55,745 nucleotides of DNA from a virus (Duplodnaviria; Caudoviricetes). This document shows, in pieces, positions 16,682 to 26,400 of the stretch (position 1 is the stretch's first letter; each line of letters begins with the position of its first letter). The DNA lies in IMG/VR virus record IMGVR_UViG_3300033181_000003, positions 1-55,745 of that record. The stretch is one strand, 5' to 3'. The translations under genes were made by a program, and so were the position numbers. The notes under the pieces were generated by a model that searched no databases, was not told where the DNA came from, and was given only the letters and a program-made list of their open reading frames with translations.

Positions 16682-17161
16682 TTAGCTCGCAGCAGGTGAC
16701 GCGATGGCCCTCACGGAGCGGTATCCCAGCGCGGCTGAGACTCTTTTGCCGGTGGTAGAGGCGTGATGCAGGTGTCCGACTTCCAAGAGCCAGAGCTTTC
16801 GCTCTGAAACCTTGGCCTTGGCAGCGAGGTCCTGCTGGGTCATTCCATGAGCGAGACGGCAACGCCGAACGCACGTGCCGAGTTGTGCGGCCGTCGAACT
16901 GGGCGGGTTGGGCATCCAGCGCTTCCGCGCGGGTGGATACCACGCTCGATCGTCCCCTGGGTGGGCGGCAACGACCCACATTCCTCGCCTGGGATCGCGA
17001 CGGACAGACCCTCGAGAATCAAGTGTCTCCTCGTGCCACTCGGGGGCACCGGCAAGGGGTTCGGCGTCCAGGACGATGGCCGGCTGGCGTGCCCGTGCGG
17101 CCATCCAGTCGCGCCAAGCGGGGGACCACGGAACTGGTTCCGTCATAAGGTGCTGACCCAT
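16682..17161 (-). CDS. XRE-HTH protein, moron-like, antisense in the head module
   Basis: C-terminal VRRCRLAHGMTQQDLAAKAKVS..L..LE.G; TACGAT -10 lies 9 nt upstream of ATG 17161. Confidence 0.6.
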   Translation of the reverse strand: MGQHLMTEPVPWSPAWRDWMAARARQPAIVLDAEPLAGAPEWHEETLDSRGSVRRDPRRGMWVVAAHPGDDRAWYPPARKRWMPNPPSSTAAQLGTCVRRCRLAHGMTQQDLAAKAKVSERKLWLLEVGHLHHASTTGKRVSAALGYRSVRAIASPAAS

Positions 17162-17368
17162 CGCCCCGGCATCGTATCCCCTAGGCGCGACGCCGCTTGC
17201 CTGGTTCCACTTACCAGTCCGACTGATCGCGAAAACCCGCGTTAGCGGATTGCGCTCGGGCGCCTGACGGCGCCCCACTTCTTACCGCAGCACCCCTGCC
17301 AAGAGCCCGCATGGCCTCGCATCGCAGCGAGTCACAAAACGCGCGGGCACGAACACCAAGGAGACGCC

Positions 17369-18139
17369 ATGCGTCGACGTGCAAGCGGGCTAACGCCCGC
17401 ACAGTTCCTGGACGAGTACCCCCGGATCGCCGGGGCTGAAGAGCTCACCGAGCAGGAGCGCGAACAGCAGCGCCAGCAGGAGGAGGCCCGTCAGGAAGAC
17501 GAGCGCCGCCAGCAGGAGCAGGCCCGTCAGGAAGACGAGCGCCGCCAGCAGGAGCAGGAGCGTGAGCAGGCTCCTGAGCCGCGTGAGGACCCGAGCAAGG
17601 TGTCGGTCAGCAAGGCCGAGCTGGATGCCCTGAGGCGCAAGGTCGCCGAGGGGGAGAAGGCCAAGCGCAAAGCCGAGACGGAAACCAAGCAGCGTGAGGA
17701 GCAACGTCAGCGCGAGCAGGGCGAGTATCAGAAGCTCGCGGAGACCAAGGAGCGTGAGGCCGTCGAGGCGCAGAGCCGTCTCGCCCGGCTGGAGCGTGAC
17801 CAGCGTGTCGCACGGATAGCGACCCGCCTGAAGTTCCGTGACCCCCAGGACGTGGTGGACCGTCTCACCAACGATGAGGCCGAGGACGACTCGCTCGCCG
17901 AGGAAGCCCTTACACGGATTGCCAAGGCCAAGCCGTACCTGGTCGACAAGCAGCCCGACCGGCCGCAGATCGGGCAGGTCATGGAGCCCGGTGTCACCCC
18001 TGAGAAGGGGGGCGCGAAGGCGCCTTTGACGATGGAGCAGGTCGACCGGATGACCGCGGAAGAGATCGCCGATCGCTGGGACGAGGTGGCCCTGGTCATC
18101 AAGTCCGAGCGTGAGAAGCAGACCACCAGCAGGACGTAG
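17369..18139 (+). CDS. Capsid scaffolding protein
   Basis: AAGGAG RBS; long E/Q/R coiled coil; KPYL motif; directly precedes the capsid gene. Confidence 0.75.
   Translation: MRRRASGLTPAQFLDEYPRIAGAEELTEQEREQQRQQEEARQEDERRQQEQARQEDERRQQEQEREQAPEPREDPSKVSVSKAELDALRRKVAEGEKAKRKAETETKQREEQRQREQGEYQKLAETKEREAVEAQSRLARLERDQRVARIATRLKFRDPQDVVDRLTNDEAEDDSLAEEALTRIAKAKPYLVDKQPDRPQIGQVMEPGVTPEKGGAKAPLTMEQVDRMTAEEIADRWDEVALVIKSEREKQTTSRT
17471..17558 (+). repeat. 36-bp tandem repeat (about 2.4 copies) in the scaffold gene
   Basis: CGCCAGCAGGAG(G/C)AGGCCCGTCAGGAAGACGAGCGC encoding RQQE(E/Q)ARQEDER. Confidence 0.8.
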
Positions 18140-18204
18140 GCCAAGGCGTTGCGGCACGTCGTGCCTGTGCGCCGCCACAACCAACCAATGAAACGAGGCA
18201 CGAC

Positions 18205-19122
18205 GTGTCGATCAACAACTTCAAGCCGACCATCTGGTCGGCCCTGATTCTCCGAGCCCAGAAGAAGAATCTGATCTTTGGGCAGGCGGGGGTCGTCAAC
18301 CGCGACTACCAGGGTAACATCGCCGATTACGGGTCTTCGGTGGTCATCAACTCGATTGGTGACCCGTCGATCTTCACCTACACCCCGAACGTCAGCATCC
18401 CCGCACCGCAGGTCCTTGCCGGGGTGCAGCGCACCATGACGATCAACCAGGCGCAGGCGTTCAACTTTGAGGTGGACGACGTCGACGCCCGGCAGGCCAG
18501 CATCGACGTGGTCCCGGAGGCCCTGGACCGTGCCGGCTACCGCCTGTCAGACATCGCCGATCAGTACATCGCCGCGCAGATCGTTGCGTCGGCAACCGCA
18601 TCGCCGCAGCCGGCGGTGCAGGTCGGGACGGTCGCCGCCCCGCTGAACATCGACAACGCGACGAAGTTCGCCTACAACGCGCTCGTCCAGGCGAAGATCG
18701 CCATGAACGAGACGAACGTCCCGTTGGCGGGCCGGTGGGCGATCGTCCCCGCCTGGTTTGAGGGTGCCCTCGGATTGGACACCCGGTTCATCGGCACCCG
18801 GGGCCTTGACCAGAACCAGGTGCTGCTGGCCGGCGCGATCGGGCAGGCCGCCGGGTTCAACATCATGACCTCCAACAACGTGCCGGTCGTCCCCGGCGCC
18901 ACCCCGGTCTACCAGTGCATCTGCGGGGTGTCCTCGGCGGTGTCCTACGCCGAGCAGCTGAACAAGGTGGAGGCCTACCGGCCCCCGTCCGCGTTCGCTG
19001 ACGCCCTGAAGGGTCTGCACCTGTACGGGGCGGCGGTCATTCGCCCCTACCAGCTGGCGATCCTCAACGTGACCGACGGTCTCGGGCTGGCTGGTGCCGG
19101 CGTGAGCGACCCGGCCGCCTAA
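18205..19122 (+). CDS. Major capsid protein (P22 gp5-like)
   Basis: NFKPTIWS..IL, NRDYQG.I...G.SV.I, F.VDDVD..Q, VP..GR..IV, G.IG...GF.I..SNN, F.D..KGLHLYGA.V.RP. Confidence 0.88.
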   Translation: MSINNFKPTIWSALILRAQKKNLIFGQAGVVNRDYQGNIADYGSSVVINSIGDPSIFTYTPNVSIPAPQVLAGVQRTMTINQAQAFNFEVDDVDARQASIDVVPEALDRAGYRLSDIADQYIAAQIVASATASPQPAVQVGTVAAPLNIDNATKFAYNALVQAKIAMNETNVPLAGRWAIVPAWFEGALGLDTRFIGTRGLDQNQVLLAGAIGQAAGFNIMTSNNVPVVPGATPVYQCICGVSSAVSYAEQLNKVEAYRPPSAFADALKGLHLYGAAVIRPYQLAILNVTDGLGLAGAGVSDPAA

Positions 19123-19141
19123 CCCGACCCGTCAACCCTCC

Positions 19142-19171
19142 GTGTGCCGGGTCCTGCGGGGCCCGGCACAT
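19142..19171 (+). terminator. Hairpin after the capsid gene
   Basis: GTGTGCCGGGTCC...GGGCCCGGCACAT. Confidence 0.55.
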
Positions 19172-19192
19172 ACCCTTGAAAGGAGAGCGCCC

Positions 19193-19597
19193 ATGCCGGC
19201 GTTTCTGCGACACATCATCACCGGTGAGACCAAGCAGCTGGAGTCATGGACCCCGGAGTGGGAGGCGGCCCGCCTTGAGCGTGACGCCAACGGCTACCCG
19301 GTGTGGGAGGAGACCGGTGCCCACGACGCGGTCCCCGAGGAGTTCGCCCACCCCGACGAGGTCGCGTCCCGTGAGCAGCACAACGTGCTGCCCCTGTCGG
19401 ATGTGACCGCTGACGGGGTTCCGACCTCGGTGGCGGGTGCGGCGAAGCTCGTCGGGCGTGACCCGGCCGATGGGGCTGTTGCACCTGGTCCCCCGGTTGT
19501 GGTGCTTCCCCAGTCACCCCGGGTGGCTGACCAGTCGGTTGGCAAGCCCCCCGCCAAGGCCCCCAAGGCCGAGGGCACGAAGGCCGAGGGCAAGTAG
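19193..19597 (+). CDS. Hypothetical head-associated protein
   Basis: AAAGGAG RBS; follows the capsid gene. Confidence 0.65.
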   Translation: MPAFLRHIITGETKQLESWTPEWEAARLERDANGYPVWEETGAHDAVPEEFAHPDEVASREQHNVLPLSDVTADGVPTSVAGAAKLVGRDPADGAVAPGPPVVVLPQSPRVADQSVGKPPAKAPKAEGTKAEGK

Positions 19598-19600
19598 CTG

Positions 19601-20271
19601 ATGCCGGCGGCGCCGCTCGTCGGGCTCGATGACGTCAAGACGTTCCTGGATTGGCAGAACACGAAGAACGACGTGTTTCTGACGTTGCTGATCCAGAGCG
19701 TGTCCGAGCATGTCGAGCGGCGCACCGGTAAGCGCTTCGCACCCACCCCACCGTTCGATGCGTCAGGGAACGACACGGCCCCACCGGTGTCGGTGGTCAT
19801 CCCGATCAACCCCTACGGCCCGGGTGCGGGAGGGGCGGCAGGTATCTCCCCGGTCGGCCCGCCACCCGTCGCCTACCCGACAAGGTTTGCGGTGGCGGTC
19901 ACGATCCCCCACGCGAGAGAGGTGGACGCGGTCCTTGTCGGCCTCGTCCCGCTCCTGGCCACCCAGTACACGCTGGAACGCGACAGCACGCTGCGCGACA
20001 CCTACGTGCGCAGGGTGGTGATCACCGACCCGGCCGTGTTCGCTGCCGCCCTGTACCCGGCGTCGTTGACGGTGACCGGCCGGTTTGGGATCACCCGATC
20101 CCCGGTGATCTGAAGGACACGGTCCTGTCGATGGTTGCCCGTCGTGCGAAGGAGCGTGACGCCGCGTGGGCTGACCGGGTCGACACGGGGGAGGGCGGGG
20201 TGTTCACCTACGCCCAGTTCCCGCGGTGGGCGCAGCTGACGATCGACTCCTACTGCGAGATCAGCACATGA
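19601..20271 (+). CDS. Head-tail connector/adaptor, frameshifted near 20094-20096
   Basis: LDDVK.FL....D..L..LI...S..VE..TG N-terminus. Adding one C gives V.GRFG..PIPGDLKD.V and reads to TGA 20271, coupled to the next ATG. Confidence 0.7.
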
Positions 20272-20732
20272 TCACCCCGGAGCAGGTTGTCCGCGACCTT
20301 GAGCGCACCCTGCCAATCCTTGAGAAGGCCGGTGCTGAGGCGATGCACGCCGCCGTTGACCTGACCCGCGATCGGATGCGTGGCAACGCCCCGCGCGGGC
20401 GCACCGGTCGGCTGGGGGAGAACATCTCCGCCACCGTCAACCACACTCAGACGGGTGTGTCCGGGACGGTCAGACCCCGCGAGAAGTACGCCAAGTACGT
20501 TGACCGGGGCAGCGGGCTGCACGTCGAGTACCACTCGAAGATCACCCCGAAGGCAGCACGCGCCGCGAGCGGCCGGGCAGCACTGAGATTCGCTGACGGG
20601 TCCTTTCGCCGGTCAAGCAAGGGTCAGAAGCCCACCCGCTTCATCGAGCGCACCCGTGAGGAGGCCGCCATCGAAGCGCAGCACCTGCTCGAGCAGGGTG
20701 CGGCGACCGCAACGGAGCGGATGTTCCGGTGA
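20268..20732 (+). CDS. HK97 gp10-like neck protein
   Basis: AP..RTG.L..I, YA.YV..G.G, G.KP..F motifs. Confidence 0.75.
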   Translation: MITPEQVVRDLERTLPILEKAGAEAMHAAVDLTRDRMRGNAPRGRTGRLGENISATVNHTQTGVSGTVRPREKYAKYVDRGSGLHVEYHSKITPKAARAASGRAALRFADGSFRRSSKGQKPTRFIERTREEAAIEAQHLLEQGAATATERMFR

Positions 20733-21169
20733 GCGCCGGCTCCCTCACCTCCTTCCTCGACGCACTCACGGCGCTTGAGCAGACCGTCGACCGGGGCAAC
20801 CTCCGCGTGTACCGGTGGCGCCCCGCCCAGATCGAAACCCCCGCCGTCTACAACTGGCTGCTCCCAAGCCCGTCGGAGATCCCGGCCGCGCAGATCGTGA
20901 CCGACACCCTCAACTTTGCGGTCCGGGTGGTGGTCCCTACGAGCGACATCGAGCAGGAAGCATCGACCGTCGAGGCCTACTTCGACAAGGTGCGGGACAC
21001 CCTCGACGCTGATCTCATCGAGCCGTCCAAGAGCACGCTTAGGACGGCCGCCTACCGGTCCAAGCGCACCACTTCGCGGACGCTGACCGACGGTTTCAAC
21101 GAGATCCCGTTCATGGCTTTGGAGCTCGTGATCCAGACCGAGTTCCGTAGGGCTTTCTCCCCGACCTAG
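20729..21169 (+). CDS. Putative tail terminator
   Basis: Position and size; GTGA coupling. Confidence 0.55.
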   Translation: MSAGSLTSFLDALTALEQTVDRGNLRVYRWRPAQIETPAVYNWLLPSPSEIPAAQIVTDTLNFAVRVVVPTSDIEQEASTVEAYFDKVRDTLDADLIEPSKSTLRTAAYRSKRTTSRTLTDGFNEIPFMALELVIQTEFRRAFSPT

Positions 21170-21224
21170 CAGCCCGGTCGCCCAGCAGCGCAGCAATTTA
21201 CCCCTACCTGAGGAGGACGGCCCC

Positions 21225-21479
21225 GTGCCTTCCGCGTTTACCACTGAGGGCGAGCCGTCCGAGCTTCCGGGCATCGGCGTCGTCAACGAGCAGGGCGTCC
21301 CGATTGATCGTGCCGCCCTGGTGATGGGCGAGCTGCAGGACGACAAGGGCCGGCCGTTGACCGGGTCCACGTTGCTCGCCGCGGCGAAGAAGTACGCCGA
21401 GCAGGCCGGGATCACGGTCACGACCTCGACCGATGACACGACGACGACCGCGCCGAAGGGCGAGGAGGGCACCAACTGA
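21225..21479 (+). CDS. Hypothetical protein
   Basis: GAGGAGG RBS. Confidence 0.6.
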   Translation: MPSAFTTEGEPSELPGIGVVNEQGVPIDRAALVMGELQDDKGRPLTGSTLLAAAKKYAEQAGITVTTSTDDTTTTAPKGEEGTN

Positions 21480-22570
21480 TGCCGGCCCCTGTGATTTACA
21501 CGCCCCCACCTTTCCGCCGCTATTTCGGGTTGACCAACGACCCGAACAGTGCGGCCGGAGGGACAAACCTCGAAACGATGGTCGCCGACACGGTCAACTT
21601 CCCCACGGCCGATATCCCCGACATCACAAACGCGTGGCCGGTCATAACCGCCACGGCGGACTGGGGCAAGGGGGTAATCAACCGTGACAACGAGGTCACT
21701 GGTGTCCGCGCGAGTCGTCCGCCGATACCGTTCAAGGCCACCCCGACGATCCCCTTCACCGTCGACGCCTACCGCTACACGATGGAGAAAGCCCTCAAGT
21801 CGGTGATGGGCGCTGAGGGAGCCATCACCGGCGCGGGCCCGTATGCCCACCCGCTATCGGTGCTCCCCTTCGGGGCGGGAATTATTCCTTCCCTGAACCT
21901 CCAGATCATCCGCGACTCGATGCATCACAAGGCGACCGGGGCGGTCCTGGAATCCGTCGAGTGCACCTTCCCGTTCGACGGGCCGGGCACCGTCGCGTGT
22001 GAGGCCCACCCGCTGTACATGCGCCAGGAGCCATCGACGGTCGCGATGCCGACCGGGGTGATCCCGGAGGTCAACGCTCAACCGATACTGGTGCGCGATG
22101 CGACCATCGTCTTCGACGGGGGGACCAGCACCATCGGTATCAACCAGTTCTCCTTCGGGGTGAAGAACAACGGTCGCTATGACTGGCAGTCGGCGGGGCA
22201 CTGCTCTGAGCAAAGAGTTGTGGGTACACCGGGCGTCCTGCGCCAGTTGTGGTTTCCGCATTACCACAAGATCATCGCACGTCACACGGTGACGTTTCAT
22301 GTCGGCTTCGAGGATACCCAGGAGATCCAGGAGACGGCGATGCAGTGGGGCCAGATCCAAAAGGTAGTGGTGACGCTTGCCGACCCAACGGTGGCCGGCA
22401 ACAGCATCGTGATCACGCAGTTCGCAACGGAGATCGAGGGCGGCGGCGTTGATGCGCTGACCGCGTCAGGCAACCAGACGGCGGCTTTCGATGGCCGCGG
22501 CTACTACAGCGCATCTGACGGGACGGACATCCTGGTGACGGTCAACAACCAGTCGGCCACGCCTATCTGA
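21479..22570 (+). CDS. Major tail tube protein
   Basis: 363-aa beta-rich protein upstream of the chaperones and tape measure. Confidence 0.65.
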   Translation: MPAPVIYTPPPFRRYFGLTNDPNSAAGGTNLETMVADTVNFPTADIPDITNAWPVITATADWGKGVINRDNEVTGVRASRPPIPFKATPTIPFTVDAYRYTMEKALKSVMGAEGAITGAGPYAHPLSVLPFGAGIIPSLNLQIIRDSMHHKATGAVLESVECTFPFDGPGTVACEAHPLYMRQEPSTVAMPTGVIPEVNAQPILVRDATIVFDGGTSTIGINQFSFGVKNNGRYDWQSAGHCSEQRVVGTPGVLRQLWFPHYHKIIARHTVTFHVGFEDTQEIQETAMQWGQIQKVVVTLADPTVAGNSIVITQFATEIEGGGVDALTASGNQTAAFDGRGYYSASDGTDILVTVNNQSATPI

Positions 22571-22830
22571 TGGACCCGGCCGTCATCGAGACGGTCCTCC
22601 GGGAGATGGGTGCCCTGCAATCACGCACACGCAGCACACGGCGGGCATTGCGAGTCATGCAGGACGACCTCGACCAGCGGACTCTCGGCACGTTCGTGCT
22701 GGGGCCCGGTGAACGGGTTGATAGCAGCGAGGTCCTGGACTTTCTGCGCCTCACTGTCGGCGGACACGAGCAGGAAGTCATCAGCATCGTAATCACAGCC
22801 CCGAGGGGCACAGATAAGGAGACACCATGA
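22570..22830 (+). CDS. Hypothetical protein
   Basis: TGATG- and ATGA-coupled. Confidence 0.5.
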   Translation: MDPAVIETVLREMGALQSRTRSTRRALRVMQDDLDQRTLGTFVLGPGERVDSSEVLDFLRLTVGGHEQEVISIVITAPRGTDKETP

Positions 22831-23252
22831 GCCCGAGCTTCAACGCGGTCGAGGAGATCGCGCAGGGCACGTTCGACGTGACCCTGCCCGACGAGACTTC
22901 CTGGAAGGGGACGATCGTCACCCCCGACATCCGGCGGGAACTCCAGAAGGTCGACGTTGGCGTTGCGGAGAACGCCTCGCGCATCTCAGCGCAGGCCCGT
23001 GCTCAACGTGACGACCCGGGCAGCTACGACGCCTCCCAGCTGGAGGGGACCTACAAGGACGTCAACACCGTCCAGGACGCGGTGTACGCCAAGCTGCGCA
23101 TCCTGCTGCGTGGGGAGAGCGACAAGCGACCCACCCAGCAGCAGGTGATCGCGCTTGGCGACGTGCTTGCCGCCAAGCTCCTCACCCAGCTCAACGGTGG
23201 GGACGAGGAGGAGGTCCCTCCTACCCCGCCGGCTGGGACGACTGGTACCTAG
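22827..23252 (+). CDS. Tail assembly chaperone (G-like)
   Basis: AAGGAG RBS; position before the tape measure. Confidence 0.65.
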   Translation: MSPSFNAVEEIAQGTFDVTLPDETSWKGTIVTPDIRRELQKVDVGVAENASRISAQARAQRDDPGSYDASQLEGTYKDVNTVQDAVYAKLRILLRGESDKRPTQQQVIALGDVLAAKLLTQLNGGDEEEVPPTPPAGTTGT

Positions 23253-23257
23253 ACACC

Positions 23258-23452
23258 ATGGCGATCCTCGCCTACCTCGGGGGCATCCAGCCATCGGAGT
23301 ACCGGCAGATGCCATGGACGATGGCCGCCTCCCTGGCGAAACGGCTGCTGAAGCTTCACGAGACCGTCCGCAAGGATGAGGTTGACACGCAGGTGGAGCT
23401 CGTGAAGGGCCAGACGGGTGCCCTTGCCCGGGTCATGGGTGCGCGTTTCTGA
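23258..23452 (+). CDS. Tail assembly chaperone extension (T-like), probably made by -1 frameshift
   Basis: GIQPSEYRQMPW motif; this -1 frame is open back across GTC CCT CCT ACC at 23214-23225. Confidence 0.55.
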   Translation: MAILAYLGGIQPSEYRQMPWTMAASLAKRLLKLHETVRKDEVDTQVELVKGQTGALARVMGARF

Positions 23453-26400
23453 TGGCGCGCGAGGTCGACGTTGCGATCAGGTACGTCCTGCAGTCGGTGG
23501 ACCGCGGCGTCGCCAAGGCCCTCGCGCTGACCAAAGACTCGACAAGTCCACCAAGCAGGCGACCACCACGATTGAGCAGTCGGCGAAGGTGGCGCAGCGT
23601 CAGTGGCAGACGTTGGAGCGGATGGCCACCCAGGCGGACACGAAGATCGCGGTCTCGGCTATCAAGCGCTCCCAGACCGTGAACGCCGCCCTGGATAAGG
23701 AGATCGCAAAGCAGCGTGAGCTGGGCGTGTCCTACGAGCAGATCATCCGGGCACAGCATGCGGCGGGGAGGTCTGCCGCGGAGCTTGCGTCCACGATGGA
23801 GCGCTCCTCAGCACGGGAGCTTGAGGCGATGCGCCGGGTGCGCACGGAAGCCGCGAAACCCGTCCGGCAGCACATCAGTGAGGCTGTCACCCGGGCCCGT
23901 GGTGGTGCGGGGCGGGGTGCGGCCGCCGCTGCGACGGCTGTGGGTGGGCTCGCCCTCGGCGGTATTGGTGCTGGCGCGGGGGTTGCGTACGCGTCGTATG
24001 AGAAGGCGTCGAAGGTGACGGAGGACGCCTACCGGTTGCGCGGGCAGACCGGGATCAGTGAGCAGCAGGCGTTGCAGTTGTCGATCATCGCGCAGTCCCA
24101 GCATGACCTACCGACCCGGACGCTCGGGATGAGCTTTGCCACCGCCTCCTCACAGCTTCAGAAGGCGTTGCAGGCCAACCGGACCGGGAAGGGCAACGCC
24201 TCCACCCTTGCGTTCAGCCAGTTGGGGATCGACCCGAAGCAGGCGGCGGGAATGCAGAACAACATCCCCGGCCTTGTCGACCTCCTGCATTCCCACATCC
24301 AGGGCCTGGGGAATCAGACTCAGCAGGCGCAGCTGGCCCGCACGTTCTTCGGACGCGGCGCCTCCCAGCTCGGCCCGTTGTTCAAGGAGGGGCCGATCAC
24401 CAAGCACATGGAGGAGATCGGCAAGCAGACCGGCGGCCTGAGCCCGGCGGACATGCAGAAGCTCAATGTGGAGGTCGTCAAGCTCAACGAGCAGGTCACC
24501 CTGTTCGAGCTGAAGTTCATCAAGGCGTTTGGCCCGGAAATACGGGCGGCCATCGGTCTGGCGTCGAAGGCGATGGGGCCGGTCGGATCAGCGTTCACCG
24601 CCGTGTTCAAGGTCATCGAGGGGGTTCTGAAGGGGCCGGTCGGGCAGGCGCTCGGCCAGTTCGGCAAGCAGGCGTTCGGCGCGGGCAAGCAGCTGGTGGA
24701 GGCTTTCAAACCGGCCCTGCCGTTCCTTCAGAACATCATCTTGCCGTTGCTGAAGGGTGTGGCGATCGGGGTGGCGACAGGCATCATCGCCACTATCAAG
24801 GTGGCTGCGGTGGTGATCAAGGTCTTCGCTGGTGTCCTCGGGCTGATCGGCACCGCAGCGAAACCCCTCAAGCCTCTGATCGAGGACGTGGGGAAGGTCA
24901 TCGGGTTCGTGTTCGGCCCCGGGCTGCTCGGCAAGATCGCCTCAAGCTTGAAGGCGGTCGGCGGGGTGCTCCCCGTGGTCGGCAAGGGCGTCGAGTTGCT
25001 GGCTGGTCCGTTCGAGGTGGTCGGCAAGGTGTTCGGCGCCTTCCTCAACCTCCTCGCCAAGGGGTTCGGCCTGATCCCCCACATCGCGTCCGGGGCGGTG
25101 AAGCTGATGATCGGCATCATGGCGGTGATCCCGCGCACCGTGATGAGCGTGGTCAACGCGGTCCTCGGCTTCGTCGGCGAGCACTGGAAGCTGCTGATCG
25201 GGTTGCTCACCGCCCCGTTCGCCCCCGTCATCGCCGTCGCCGTTGGCTTCGGCCCGCAGATCCTCTCGGCGTTTACCAGCGCGTTCGGCAGCGTGGAGAG
25301 CTTCCTCAGTGGTTTGCCGGCCACGTTCCTCAACTTCGGCAAGAACATCGTCAGCGGGATTGTCTCCGGTATCCAGTCTGCACCCAGCGCCGTCGTGGAC
25401 GCGATCAAGGGCCTGTTGCCCGCGCCGTTGCAGGGTGCGTTTGACACGATCATCGGGGCAGGAAACAGCGCGGCCGGCGCCGTGACAAACTTCCTCACAG
25501 GCCGTGAGGGCGGGGTTATCCCGTTCGCCAACGGCGGGCTCGTCCCGGCCCTTGTGTCCTCCGGTGAGCAGGTCATCCACCAGGGGCGCGCGATGACGGT
25601 CCCGGGGGCCCGGGTAGCGGCTGACAACGTGCTCGCGATGCTGCCGCACGGTGCGGCGGTCATCACCGACCACGGGCAGCATTTGATGGCTGCCGGGCAC
25701 ACGATGGATGAGGCGCTGTCGATGCAGATGCCTCACTTCGCTACCGGCGGCTGGGCGTTGCCCGGTGGCGGACGCGGAGGTCACGGTCGGGCGAGGCATC
25801 CCCGGGCAGCGCATCCCCGGGCAGCGCATCACCGGGCAGCGCATCACCGCGCCAAGCACGTCGGTTTCCAGCCGCACTGGACGACGATCGGCGCCACCGT
25901 TTACGACGATGCCGGCGCCACGTCCAGCGGCAAGCACTTCCCCGGCGGGTTCGCCGAGCTGTCACCGCCCGGTCTGACGGGCAGCCAGGTGAACTTCAAC
26001 ACGGCGACCGCTTTGGGGAAGCTCGCCTACGGCACGAAGCTGTTGCTGCGCCAGGGCCCCAACGCGAAGGTCGTGGAGGGCGCCAAGGACGACATCGGCA
26101 ACGGCCAGCAGAACAAGTTCTACAAGCTCGACATGGGCCGCAGCCTCGCCCAGGCCCTCGGGGTCAGCGCGTCCACGTTCAAGGGGGCGATTCAGATCGC
26201 GTCGGCGAGCGCCGGCACACCCGTGTCGGCGTTGGGTGCGGTCACGGCCGGCAAGCTGACGAAGGGCCCGAAGCTGTCGTCCAAGACGGGCCTTGACCCG
26301 ATGAGCGCTTTCCAGACGGGGTTTGACGCAGGTCTGAAGGGCGACCCGCTGTCCACGACGAGCGTTGTGGCTGACGCGGTGAAGGCGGCCGCGGTGACGA

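Noticed and set aside
23418-23451. Tape measure start at 23418 as given in the ORF track
   Set aside because: It overlaps the upstream gene and gives an implausible N-terminus; ATG 23452 coupled to the upstream stop, plus a frameshift, fits better.
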